Part shown: piece by piece, positions 37,333 through 47,148 of the stretch
Position numbering within the stretch: the first letter of the stretch is position 1
Layout: each line of letters starts with the position of its first letter
From: a virus
Length of the DNA: 64,000 bases
Strand: one strand, 5' to 3'
Virus record (IMG/VR): IMGVR_UViG_3300046002_007411
Span: 47,708-111,707 of that record
Made by a program: the position numbers and the translations under genes
The notes under the pieces: model-generated
What the model saw: only the letters and a program-made list of their open reading frames with translations
Database searches by the model: none
What the model was told of the DNA's origin: nothing

Positions 37333-40300
37333 TTAAGCTCTTGCTCCATTAGGTAATGGATCGCCAGTATTCAAAATACGTATTGGTATGTATATGAACT
37401 CAATAGCTTTAGTGGGTTTTATTGCTATGTCAATCCAAAGTTGATTTCCATCAATTCTTGCAGCAGTGTTATTGCTCTCGTCGCACACTACTGCATAGTC
37501 ATAAACTGCACGCAATCCAACCAAGTTACCAAAGAAGTTATTGAAAGTAACCAACACAGCATCGCGTGTTTGCTTGTCATTGGGTTCAAACAAATACACT
37601 TTGGCAATGTTATCAAGTTGATAACGCAGGTAACAAATCAAACGTGCAACATTGATTCTATCAAGAGCGCTTTGAACTGGACTTAGTGTTTTTTGTCCAT
37701 ATATCACCAAGCCTCTGTTGGGAATGAATGCAATGGGATTAATGCGGTTTTGATACAAAACATCACGTTGGCCTTGGTTCAACTTCACGGGTTGATATTC
37801 GCCCTCGCTTGTCAAATAACCCACGCTGCTTACACCAGTTACCAATCCACGGTTAAATCCAGCAGGAGCAAACCAGGGATAAGCTACTTGATCGTTAAAT
37901 GCTATAGTGCGTAGTGCCATCATGCTGGGTGGCACAAACACTGAGCTGCCATCAAGATTGGTACTAAGAGCCCAGGGATACCAAACAGCAGCATAAGCAC
38001 TGTTGCTTGTTAGACCATCTGGTCCAGTTTCTGCAACATTGTTTGCATTTGTAGCCCAGTTAACTATAGCAGTTGCAGGGCTAGCTTGTAAACTACTGGG
38101 TGTATCACCAACTACAAAAGCAATTTCCTTTTTATCAACGTTCAAAGCAACCATTTCTTCAATGCACTCGGGATACCCAGGAGCAGCAAGCAAGTTAAAG
38201 TATGTTTCTTCAGAGCGTGCATCTTCATTGCTTACCAATGCAGCTTGCAAAGCTCTAACTACCATCTGGCGTTGTGCTTGTGTACCCCAATAGGGACTTC
38301 CGTCATTTTGGTTGCCACTTGCTGTAACCCATGTGCCAACGCCTGCGCTAAACCAGTCAGGTTCCCATTCTTTAACATTGTTGGTGCTGTAACGTGTGTT
38401 AAACAACAACATGCCAGTGGGATATAGTATGGGATCAGGTGCATCACTATCAACATAATCGCTAACCAACATATTGCTTTCACGTGTGCTGGGAGGAGTG
38501 GCTCCGTTGTTGCTACGAGCATCAAGGAACACAATACCAGCTGGTGATGTTTGGTCAGTGTTGTCTATTTGAACCCATTGACCGCCGCTAGCAACGTATC
38601 TTTTCAACACAGGGCCATCAGCTTGGCTGGTATCCAACCAAATGTCATAGTCTACTAATGCACTGCCTGTGCTTTGTTCCACAGGTGCAAGGCTGCTTAT
38701 CAATACACCATTGGGATCAGTTCCAGGATACACATTACGGTAACCTTTCCACTGATTTCCAGCATTTACCATGATATCAACTTGGAGATCAGTATTAAAC
38801 CAAAGTGTGCCTTGTGCAGGTTCTCCTTGAGGTGCAGTTGCGCTGGGTGTATAACTCAAAGGCACCCAAGCTGTGCCGTCCCAACGCAACAACTGCATGT
38901 TGATTTGAGTAGGTGTGCTGTTGTCGCTATTGTAATAAGCAAAAATAGTTCCCGTTGCTTTACCTGCACCAAACGCTGCGTCTGCAACTGCTGTGCTGTT
39001 ATACCAAGGTATAGTTCCAGTGTTGGGGTTGGTGTTTTGCTTGACCCAAGTTCCATTTATATAACGTCGAACTGTTATATTTACACCGCGGTTTTGACTT
39101 GTTGTATTGATCCACACACTGTTTGCTGCTAGCACTGGATTTGTACTGGGCACAGCTAGTGCAGGATAGTAGTCATTGTAAAATGCCTGGGCACCATAAG
39201 TATAACCCACATCAATACCAGCGTCGGAGGAAAGTGGATTACCAAAAACTTCTTGTAGTGTGATATATGTTCCTGCTCGGCTAATAGTTAGAACATTGCC
39301 TGTGCCGGAAGCCACAGTAGCACCAACAGCAGTGTTGATTTCTGCAACTACGTTTGCCAAAGTATTGTTAGGACTTGCAGGTACAACAACAGTTTTGGCC
39401 CCTCCTCCGATATCAACAGTAAACTGATCATTACCAGCGAAAGCGGGATTGGTTATTCCACCGGTAACACTACCAAAAAATGTTTGCTTGGTGCTGATAC
39501 CCACGTTGCTCCAAAGTGGTTGGGTATTTGAAGTATCATGCACGTAAATGTCCGTGCCATCATAGTTTGTAATACGTAGATAAGAACTCAAACCACTTGT
39601 ATATATGTCAGCATTGGCATTCAAGCCCGCAGTTGCAAACTGCCCGTTTATGTTTGCTGCAAAAGTAGTCAATGTTCCCGGGGTTCCTGAACTGCCCAGT
39701 GTCCCCACACTTAATGTATTACTATTACCAATTGCAATCTCAGCAGAGACATTGCTTGTAAATGTAGGACTGCTAATGCTACCTATTACTTTAGTAGGAC
39801 GTGCTTGCTGCCAACCCCAACCTACCATTACGTTTCCGCCGTTTACCACACTACTGTCGCTTGTGCCCACAGGGAACCAGTAGGATTTAGTAGTTGTATC
39901 TAACCCAAAACCCCATGTTACGTTGATTTTTTCAAACGTACGGTTACGGTAGCCACCATCGTCGTCCATAGCCAAAGTAGTTACTGCAAAACTACCAGCT
40001 GATCCCACTGTGTTTTTTGGAATAATAAGGTTAGTGGGTTCTGTAGTAAAGCCCAAGGCAGTTAAAATACCACCGTTGCTACCAGCAAGTGTAATTTCGT
40101 TCGTTATATCGGCACATTGCACACGCAAGCTAAAAACAGTTTGGACAGTTGTGTTGCTGGTTACTTCATTACGAGCAACAACTTCTGCACTGATTTGCAA
40201 CAAGTTAAGGCTGGTATCACCGTTAATAACATTGACAACATCAGTAATGCTTTGATTGGTATTAAGTGCAAGGCTAATTCCATTAATAATCATTGTTGCA

Positions 40301-40884
40301 TTGCTGCCAAAAACCGGTGTATCAGCTTGTGTGATTGGTGTTGCAGCAGAACCTTGTACTATTTTCTCTAAATCTGTTGCAGAATTTAGTACTAAAGGAG
40401 TTTTTGCTTTCCAGGCAAATGCGGGATTCACATTGCCATCGCTTTGGAACAAGCCCCAAGTGCTGTCAGTTTGCAGCCAATAGCTGTTGTTTGTTGGTGT
40501 CCCAGTGGGTTCAGTTGCGCTGGGTTCCAGTTGGTTCAAATCAACATCTGCTCGTATTACATAAGCGCGATTGGCTATTCCCAAATATTCGTAAGCAGTG
40601 AAAAGTCCAACTTCATTAAGTTCACTGTCATATTGTGGAGTGCCACCTACTGTGCTGAAGCTTGGTGAGCCATAATATTGCAACAAATCACGCTGACTTG
40701 TCATAAGCTCAAGCTTGCCAGCATTGGCTTTTGTTGTACCTTCTGCTACGTTTGTAGTCCCTGTCACTATTTTGTCTTGCGCGGTGGCAATGACAACCAA
40801 TGGAACAGTGCCAACAGGAGCCGTAGCATAAAAGCTCTCGTCGGTTACCGTTACTGAAACGCCAGGGGAAACTAAGTCGGCCAT
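37333..40884 (-). CDS. gp18: Tail sheath protein (gp18-like) with large insertions
   Basis: LVSPGVSVTVTDES; AYVIRAD; C-term PWFAPAGFNRG, RINPI, RINVARL, LFEPND, KAIEFIYIP. Confidence 0.95.
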   Translation of the reverse strand: MADLVSPGVSVTVTDESFYATAPVGTVPLVVIATAQDKIVTGTTNVAEGTTKANAGKLELMTSQRDLLQYYGSPSFSTVGGTPQYDSELNEVGLFTAYEYLGIANRAYVIRADVDLNQLEPSATEPTGTPTNNSYWLQTDSTWGLFQSDGNVNPAFAWKAKTPLVLNSATDLEKIVQGSAATPITQADTPVFGSNATMIINGISLALNTNQSITDVVNVINGDTSLNLLQISAEVVARNEVTSNTTVQTVFSLRVQCADITNEITLAGSNGGILTALGFTTEPTNLIIPKNTVGSAGSFAVTTLAMDDDGGYRNRTFEKINVTWGFGLDTTTKSYWFPVGTSDSSVVNGGNVMVGWGWQQARPTKVIGSISSPTFTSNVSAEIAIGNSNTLSVGTLGSSGTPGTLTTFAANINGQFATAGLNANADIYTSGLSSYLRITNYDGTDIYVHDTSNTQPLWSNVGISTKQTFFGSVTGGITNPAFAGNDQFTVDIGGGAKTVVVPASPNNTLANVVAEINTAVGATVASGTGNVLTISRAGTYITLQEVFGNPLSSDAGIDVGYTYGAQAFYNDYYPALAVPSTNPVLAANSVWINTTSQNRGVNITVRRYINGTWVKQNTNPNTGTIPWYNSTAVADAAFGAGKATGTIFAYYNSDNSTPTQINMQLLRWDGTAWVPLSYTPSATAPQGEPAQGTLWFNTDLQVDIMVNAGNQWKGYRNVYPGTDPNGVLISSLAPVEQSTGSALVDYDIWLDTSQADGPVLKRYVASGGQWVQIDNTDQTSPAGIVFLDARSNNGATPPSTRESNMLVSDYVDSDAPDPILYPTGMLLFNTRYSTNNVKEWEPDWFSAGVGTWVTASGNQNDGSPYWGTQAQRQMVVRALQAALVSNEDARSEETYFNLLAAPGYPECIEEMVALNVDKKEIAFVVGDTPSSLQASPATAIVNWATNANNVAETGPDGLTSNSAYAAVWYPWALSTNLDGSSVFVPPSMMALRTIAFNDQVAYPWFAPAGFNRGLVTGVSSVGYLTSEGEYQPVKLNQGQRDVLYQNRINPIAFIPNRGLVIYGQKTLSPVQSALDRINVARLICYLRYQLDNIAKVYLFEPNDKQTRDAVLVTFNNFFGNLVGLRAVYDYAVVCDESNNTAARIDGNQLWIDIAIKPTKAIEFIYIPIRILNTGDPLPNGARA

Positions 40885-40970
40885 TGATTACCTCTCTAGA
40901 AAATGAATGCTTGTTATTTATAGGGAGGATGCCAAAATACCAGGGTTCGTGCATGGTATTTCAAATGCCG

Positions 40971-40998
40971 TTGACTTTAGTTCACTAAAACTTATATT
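40971..40998 (+). promoter_or_regulatory. Sigma70-type promoter, probably giving a leaderless mRNA
   Basis: TTGACT-N16-TATATT; ATG 6 nt later. Confidence 0.6.
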
Positions 40999-41003
40999 TA
41001 GGT

Positions 41004-41615
41004 ATGAGAAAAATTGTAGGTGTAGTGGGATTCATTGGCCATGGCAAGGGCACAGTGGGTGATTTTTTAGTTAGTGAATACAAGTTCACCTCATGTAGTT
41101 TTGCACACACACTAAAAACTGCTGTTAGTGCTATTTTTCACTGGCCACGTGAGCTCCTTGAAGGTTCAACTTTGGAAAGTCGAGTTTGGCGTGAACAGCC
41201 TGATAAATGGTGGAGTGCCAAGCTTGGTAGAACAGTTACCCCTAGATGGGTTTTACAACATTTTGGAACAAATGTATTGCGACAGTATTTTCATACTGAT
41301 ATCTGGCTATTAAGTTTGGAAAAGACAATAGCAGATATCCCGGGAAATGTTGTTGTAACTGATGTTAGATTTCCCAATGAAATACAAGCCTTACAAGCAT
41401 GGCAGGGCGATCTTTGGTGGGTGAAACGTGATACCCTTCCCCTGTGGTTTGAGCACAGTGGAAATAAGGATTACATGCAAATGAATTTTCCTGAAGTGCA
41501 TGAAAGCGAGTATGCTTGGTTGGATTATAAAAAAGATTTCGTTGTGTTAAACAATACTGGCGATTTGCAAAACCTTTATCTACAAATACGTCAGCAGCTT
41601 TTAACTAACCAATAA
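41004..41615 (+). CDS. Deoxynucleoside monophosphate kinase (gp1-like)
   Basis: GFIGHGKGT, SFAHTLK, TPRWVLQHFGT, DVRFPNE and HESE motifs. Confidence 0.92.
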   Translation: MRKIVGVVGFIGHGKGTVGDFLVSEYKFTSCSFAHTLKTAVSAIFHWPRELLEGSTLESRVWREQPDKWWSAKLGRTVTPRWVLQHFGTNVLRQYFHTDIWLLSLEKTIADIPGNVVVTDVRFPNEIQALQAWQGDLWWVKRDTLPLWFEHSGNKDYMQMNFPEVHESEYAWLDYKKDFVVLNNTGDLQNLYLQIRQQLLTNQ

Positions 41616-42360
41616 TAACACCAAGAGGCATTGAATTATCGGTGTACTGCTGTAGCTCAATTTCCAAACGGTCCATCATTTCTTTGGCATCGTTTTTCAA
41701 CGCTGCGCCGTTTAGTGTGGTTCCACCCTGCGGACCAATTATAGTAGCATACTTTTCATATGCCTCGCCCAGCATTTGTTTTGACCAAGCCAAGGTATAG
41801 TTGCGTATCCAGGGTCTAGCAAAAGGATCGCTTAACAGCTCATCTTCTGTTCTTGTCTTGTAAACCCAAAGCAACACTGCTTCACCACCTGTGGGTTTTC
41901 TCACAAGTTGCAGTTTTTTAGTTACTGTGTTAAAGGAATAGTTCAAATAAGCGCCGAACATACGCCCAGCTTGTTTGAGAAACTGGTTGAATGCTTCATA
42001 TGTCAGTAGTCCCGCAGTGTAACCGCCACCAGCACCTGCTTGTAAAAGATACAAGTTAGTATATGCCAAGCTAAAGGGATCTAAACTTGTCCCACCATTA
42101 GTTTCACCCAAACCTCTACGAAATATCTGTCGCACACTTATGATTTCTTGAGGTAGATAGTAAACGCCTTCTTCGTTCACTAACTCCAAAAACATATAAG
42201 CTTCTTCTTGAGCATTTCCGCTACGCAAGTTATAACGCTCAAAAGCCAAAGTAGCGGCTAGTTCGTAATCTTCAGATTCCAACTCACGATCAATCATGCT
42301 TCCACCTAGCATTCTTTTAACTTCATTAATCAAGTTGACTCGCAAGGTACTAGTGGTCAT
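41605..42360 (-). CDS. gp13: Neck protein (gp13-like)
   Basis: MLGGSMIDREL, YTLAWSKQMLGEA..KY and GGTTLNG motifs. Confidence 0.85.
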   Translation of the reverse strand: MTTSTLRVNLINEVKRMLGGSMIDRELESEDYELAATLAFERYNLRSGNAQEEAYMFLELVNEEGVYYLPQEIISVRQIFRRGLGETNGGTSLDPFSLAYTNLYLLQAGAGGGYTAGLLTYEAFNQFLKQAGRMFGAYLNYSFNTVTKKLQLVRKPTGGEAVLLWVYKTRTEDELLSDPFARPWIRNYTLAWSKQMLGEAYEKYATIIGPQGGTTLNGAALKNDAKEMMDRLEIELQQYTDNSMPLGVIIG

Positions 42361-42385
42361 TTTGGTCTCCTGAGATATTTAGCAG

Positions 42386-44023
42386 TTATATACTGAGATA
42401 CCACTGGCCTGGTCTATATAGTCCGTTTACAAGGTTACTCCAATTTTCATTTTTCCATTGGAGATATCTACCTGTCAATAGACTGTAAACCCAGTAGGTG
42501 TCATCTACATGCGCAGTGGGATCAAAATCCACAAACCAACTGCTGCCATCATATTCCACAATACTGTTTGTCACAGCGGCCAAATTTCCCATCCAGGCAA
42601 TATTGGTCTCGGGCATGTCATCTGTTAACAAGTATCTTTGTCCTGTCTGTGCAGGAGGCAATCCAGCATTGGGACCAGAAAGCTGAGGGTTAACTACTGC
42701 ATTAATAGTTGTGATTTCTGTTCCTGGTAATGTGGAATCATCCAAGCGCCAGATAATTTTGTTTTGATCCTGTGGATCAAAATCCATGTAGCCTTCTATA
42801 GCAGGCTCAGTTTTATCGGGATTTTCCGTCAAGCGTATCTTGAGCTTGCTGCCTTGAGTTGCCCATTGATCATAACTGCGAAAATCACCAAAAGGTTTGA
42901 AAAATCTCCACCAAGCCAAGTCACCACCATTGTAAGTAGCAGGCAAGCCCAAGCTATTCAAAACTCCCGGGGTTATTTCGGCAAAAGTTTGATCTAAAAC
43001 ATTGGTGCTAATAAACTGTATTTGATTTTGATTGAATAGCAGACAGTTGTAAGTATCATTAGGAAGTTGACTGCGTATTTCACTAACCATGCTAGAAACA
43101 TTTGTGCTGCTGGTTAAGGTATATGTATTTGAGTTCCATGTAAACTGACTGCCAGGATCTACCACAGGATTGGACCAACTCCAAACAACTGTGGGATTTT
43201 GATCAGTATCTGTAGTAACCCCGGCACTGTTGGCAAGTTTGATTTTAGTTAGACCGTTTTCCTGAACAACCACTATGCCGCTGTTGCCAGGTGTAGTCCA
43301 CATTCTAGCTAGGAACTCTTCAGTTGTCCACTCCATGTCCGAAATAGGAGTTGAAGGATCAATAATATTGGTAATGATTTCTTGAATCAGGCTTTGTCGT
43401 TTAACTTTAGCTGGGGGATTGATCCAAATAGGAATACGGAAGTTCAAGGTCATAACATCAATTGGATTATCTGTGCCTTGCGGAATACTTCTACTAGACC
43501 AAGTTATGCTTTCTTGCATTTCAAGAACAGTTAACCAACTCCAATCCAGAGGATTAACACTGGTTTGAATATCAATGCTGGGATTGTAAAGCACTAAAAT
43601 CTGTTCAGCAAGCTGCTCTTTGCTGTCCAAGTTATTGGTCCAAATATCCACTTGCACTGTCAAATCATAAGGCACTGGCATGTAACGTTGAACAGTATAT
43701 CTGTTGCCTACATCATTACCGTATCGTTGTGTTTCAGTGTTGTAGTTTCGTTCGTTAACTTGCACAGTGTCTACCAAAGTGGGATCTTGGCGGCGAGTGT
43801 TATTCATGGCAATGTCACGAATGAACACTGTTATAAAAGGGCAACTGAGTAGCTTGTTTTCACTGCCGCCGCGCACAACATTTTCAGCTATGCGGCTGGG
43901 ATCGCCATATCTACAGGGGACACGACGCAACGTGCCGTCTCCATATTTCACAGAGAAGTTGCTAAATGCACGAATAATCTGCATTCGATAGTTGCGTAGT
44001 TGTCCGCTGTAAAAATGATCCAT
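42386..44023 (-). CDS. gp15: Tail terminator/sheath stabiliser (gp15-like) with C-terminal extension
   Basis: HFYSGQLR...VPCRYG...MPVPYDL...EQILVLYNP. Confidence 0.82.
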   Translation of the reverse strand: MDHFYSGQLRNYRMQIIRAFSNFSVKYGDGTLRRVPCRYGDPSRIAENVVRGGSENKLLSCPFITVFIRDIAMNNTRRQDPTLVDTVQVNERNYNTETQRYGNDVGNRYTVQRYMPVPYDLTVQVDIWTNNLDSKEQLAEQILVLYNPSIDIQTSVNPLDWSWLTVLEMQESITWSSRSIPQGTDNPIDVMTLNFRIPIWINPPAKVKRQSLIQEIITNIIDPSTPISDMEWTTEEFLARMWTTPGNSGIVVVQENGLTKIKLANSAGVTTDTDQNPTVVWSWSNPVVDPGSQFTWNSNTYTLTSSTNVSSMVSEIRSQLPNDTYNCLLFNQNQIQFISTNVLDQTFAEITPGVLNSLGLPATYNGGDLAWWRFFKPFGDFRSYDQWATQGSKLKIRLTENPDKTEPAIEGYMDFDPQDQNKIIWRLDDSTLPGTEITTINAVVNPQLSGPNAGLPPAQTGQRYLLTDDMPETNIAWMGNLAAVTNSIVEYDGSSWFVDFDPTAHVDDTYWVYSLLTGRYLQWKNENWSNLVNGLYRPGQWYLSI

Positions 44024-44027
44024 GCTT

Positions 44028-44639
44028 TTATGAAATTATTGACAAATAACGATTATAACGAGCTATTCTATCATCCAAACCATGTGTGCCACCATTGATG
44101 ATTTTGGTCAGTTTAACATGATCCTGTTGATCAGCTACTGGATTGCAGTTGTTTGCTGTCCAGAACCAACAAGCACTGGCTAGAGCACCATCGGGAGTAA
44201 CAAGGAAGTCGGGATCATCAAGCAGGCTTTCATCACTAAACACTGTTTGACTGCAACGAGTATAGTTGCTTTTGCCTGTTAGCTGAATTAATCCACGTCC
44301 GCGAAATCTAAAACCTTCGCCTGATTCTTCTGGACCATTGCCCATGCGTCCGCCATAAACTCTGTTCGCTATTTTTTGTGGTTGACGATGATACGGTTGT
44401 GCTTGTGCATCACTGCTAAAATATTTTGGAAATACCACACGCAGACGTTCACTGCTGTAGTTGAGGTTTTCTTCTAGTATTTTCCAATCGGCACTTTCAT
44501 GACCAGTTTGTGCTAGAAATGCTGCAATGCGATGTGGAGTGTTTATTTCCCAACGAGTTGCTGCTTGCACAAAAGGTTCATACCAAGTTTCCATTGAGGT
44601 TTTTGGGAAGCATTGTTGTAGTTGTTCTTGTGTAATCAT
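44028..44639 (-). CDS. Glycoside hydrolase family 19 endolysin
   Basis: AAFLAQTGHES, ENLNYS, FRGRGLIQLTG..NY and INGG.HGL motifs. Confidence 0.93.
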   Translation of the reverse strand: MITQEQLQQCFPKTSMETWYEPFVQAATRWEINTPHRIAAFLAQTGHESADWKILEENLNYSSERLRVVFPKYFSSDAQAQPYHRQPQKIANRVYGGRMGNGPEESGEGFRFRGRGLIQLTGKSNYTRCSQTVFSDESLLDDPDFLVTPDGALASACWFWTANNCNPVADQQDHVKLTKIINGGTHGLDDRIARYNRYLSIIS

Positions 44640-44653
44640 TCCAGGGTCCTTTT

Positions 44654-45760
44654 TTAAATAATGTCTGGATCAAGTTTAGGAGGTATAACTTCGTTAAGCG
44701 GCTGCTTTTGTGTAATAGTTGTACCATCCTGTAAATTAGTTATATTGTCGTTGTTGATGAATGTTGCGAGCAAGCGGTTTGCTGGCAACCAAGGTGCGCG
44801 CCAGTTGGCTTCTGTTCTCCGCCAGCGATTTGCTTGCCATGTAAACAAAATAGCTGGACTCCAGTCGGTTCTAAGGAAGTAATCACCGTCGTGAGGAGTT
44901 GCAGGCCAACTATTTCCACTGGCAACAGGCTTGCTTTGGTTGGGAGGAATACCATCGCCAGCCCAAATAGTTACTGGTTTGTCTAAGTCACCTTGTAAAA
45001 CATAAAACTGTGCTCCTTGAACGTTACGGAACGGCACTTTTTGTTCCGCAAGTTCCAATATAGCATCATTTATTTCCAGCTCAGCTGTACGTGTGCTTAC
45101 CACATCTCCCACAGTGAGAGTGTTTCCACTGTTATCCAACACAGGGTTGCCCAAGCTATCCAAAAGCGGTTTATCTAATATATCCTTGAACTCTTGTGTG
45201 TCTTTCATAGGGTTGCACTTGATACGCCAAAGATGTGGCCACCAGCTAGGTGCATAACCTTCTGCTGGCCGAGTGCCTTCCTCTACCACATAATATTTGC
45301 TTATGGCTGCAACACTGCCTTCAACTAAATCATCACGTTGATTCAAGATCTCTAGAACATCGCCAGCTGTAATACGTCGCCCCACTAAATCAACCATGGT
45401 GTTCATGTGAAACGTGATAAAAAGGGTTTCGTTACTTAAAAACAAGCCAAACTGTCGCAAATCAAATTCTTGATCACTAACAGCATAATGTCCGCGAATA
45501 CTGTAAACGTCGGGATCGTAACTACGATCTCTTATTTCCATGTTTAGCACGTCTTGAATGGTAAGATCACGGGAATCTGCACCAGTGAAATCTAGGTTCA
45601 CAGTGGTGTCCGTAACCGCAACATTGGGGTTGGGACCCAGATACTTATGTAAATAAAACTCCACTCCACCAACTTGGTACTGTTGAGCTATTATTTTGTC
45701 AGTAAACTTGTAGTCAAGAGTTTTGGTGCCTAATCCGCGCCATAAACTCAGTTTTGCCAT
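44654..45760 (-). CDS. gp14: Neck/head-closure protein (gp14-like)
   Basis: DLRQFGLFLSNETLFITFH...GDVLE...WWPHLWRIKC; in the gp13-15 cluster. Confidence 0.75.
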   Translation of the reverse strand: MAKLSLWRGLGTKTLDYKFTDKIIAQQYQVGGVEFYLHKYLGPNPNVAVTDTTVNLDFTGADSRDLTIQDVLNMEIRDRSYDPDVYSIRGHYAVSDQEFDLRQFGLFLSNETLFITFHMNTMVDLVGRRITAGDVLEILNQRDDLVEGSVAAISKYYVVEEGTRPAEGYAPSWWPHLWRIKCNPMKDTQEFKDILDKPLLDSLGNPVLDNSGNTLTVGDVVSTRTAELEINDAILELAEQKVPFRNVQGAQFYVLQGDLDKPVTIWAGDGIPPNQSKPVASGNSWPATPHDGDYFLRTDWSPAILFTWQANRWRRTEANWRAPWLPANRLLATFINNDNITNLQDGTTITQKQPLNEVIPPKLDPDII

Positions 45761-45783
45761 TGCCTACTCCTAGTTTCAAATAT

Positions 45784-47148
45784 TTATGAAGATTTGAATG
45801 GCTTGTATTTGAAACTGATTTTACCTGATATTCTGCTGCTGAAATAGCTTTTGCCTGCATCAAGATATACTGTGCCATTATATTCTGGTGGATATATGGC
45901 AGAAAATCCAGTTACAGCAACATTGTTACCTTGAACACGAGCTTGTGTATAAACTTGCAAAATACTAGCTTGGTTTAAAAATGCCAAGCAACCTTCACCA
46001 AACGATGGAATCAGATTGATATGTTTACTTACATTTTTGGCTACATTGGCAATCAAAACATAACCTACTTTGAATCCTGGTACGTCTTGTTTACTGCCAT
46101 ATTCATTAAACAAAGCTTGTGCTGCTTTAGATAGCTTGCTGGACTCAGTTAGGTCTTTTTGCACCACTGAGCGAATTTCATTTGCTAGTTTGGTTGTTAT
46201 CAGCTCAAAACGCAAAGCCAACGCCAGGGGTCCTTCTTCTGCAGAGTTGTCATTAATAACTTGCATGATATCAATCATGTCAGCATGTTCTTCTAGCAAA
46301 TCATTGCGATTGTTTTGCTGTGCTTTCACAATAGCTGACCAAATATTTGCACTGCTTGCATTGGCCCCGCTGGCACCTTTGCTGCTGATTCCCAGCACAG
46401 CACCTTTTTTGCTCACAAAGTTGCTGTCTACCAAGTTGTTGTTTTTTCCTTGAGGCCATTGAACTTGACATGACTTCCAAGGTGCCCGTAGCACTTCACG
46501 TCTGGCCAAGTCAGCATCGCCTCCGATCATTCCCTGCCAAAGTGCAATAGGCTGCATGATTTCACCAAGGTAGTCTCTAATAGCTTCAAGATTTTCTGCT
46601 TGATTCTCAAATACCGGCATTTGACCTTGAGCTAGCTGACGTAGTCCTGCCATGATTTCTTCATTAGCACCGCGACTTTCAATCCAATCTAGTAGTTGTG
46701 CAGTGTTTGCAAATGCCTGTTCACTACCTATCAAATCTTGAGGTGTTAGTCCAGTTTTCATTTTCTTGGCACTGCGAGTTTGCAAATGCCAAGTGCCGGG
46801 AGTTTCATTATTACCCCAACTGCCTATTAGGTTTTTGGGAACGCTTTGATAGTGACGACCCCAAAGCATGGGTTCACCATTATCTAAAACCAGTTCGGCA
46901 ATAGCAAATGCTAGATAATTTTTGTTACGAGCATTAACCCATAGGATTTTTTGCCCAGTTTGTTGTTCTATTTGCAGCTTGGCTTGATCACATTGGTCAA
47001 TATCTGGAAAACTATCCTTATCAGGATACATGGTTATTTTGGTAAAGCGAGCTGATTGATTGTTATCATCAGTAAAAACATCGCCAGGCTTGCGACCAAA
47101 TAAACCTTTTGCTTCCCAAAGTGGTTGAATAAATTCCTGGTGTCGCAT
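45784..47148 (-). CDS. Putative virion-packaged restriction-endonuclease-fold protein
   Basis: N-terminus MRHQEFIQPLWE; DYLGEI...WP..NNNLVDS...GISSKG is a PD-(D/E)XK-like arrangement. Confidence 0.55.
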   Translation of the reverse strand: MRHQEFIQPLWEAKGLFGRKPGDVFTDDNNQSARFTKITMYPDKDSFPDIDQCDQAKLQIEQQTGQKILWVNARNKNYLAFAIAELVLDNGEPMLWGRHYQSVPKNLIGSWGNNETPGTWHLQTRSAKKMKTGLTPQDLIGSEQAFANTAQLLDWIESRGANEEIMAGLRQLAQGQMPVFENQAENLEAIRDYLGEIMQPIALWQGMIGGDADLARREVLRAPWKSCQVQWPQGKNNNLVDSNFVSKKGAVLGISSKGASGANASSANIWSAIVKAQQNNRNDLLEEHADMIDIMQVINDNSAEEGPLALALRFELITTKLANEIRSVVQKDLTESSKLSKAAQALFNEYGSKQDVPGFKVGYVLIANVAKNVSKHINLIPSFGEGCLAFLNQASILQVYTQARVQGNNVAVTGFSAIYPPEYNGTVYLDAGKSYFSSRISGKISFKYKPFKSS

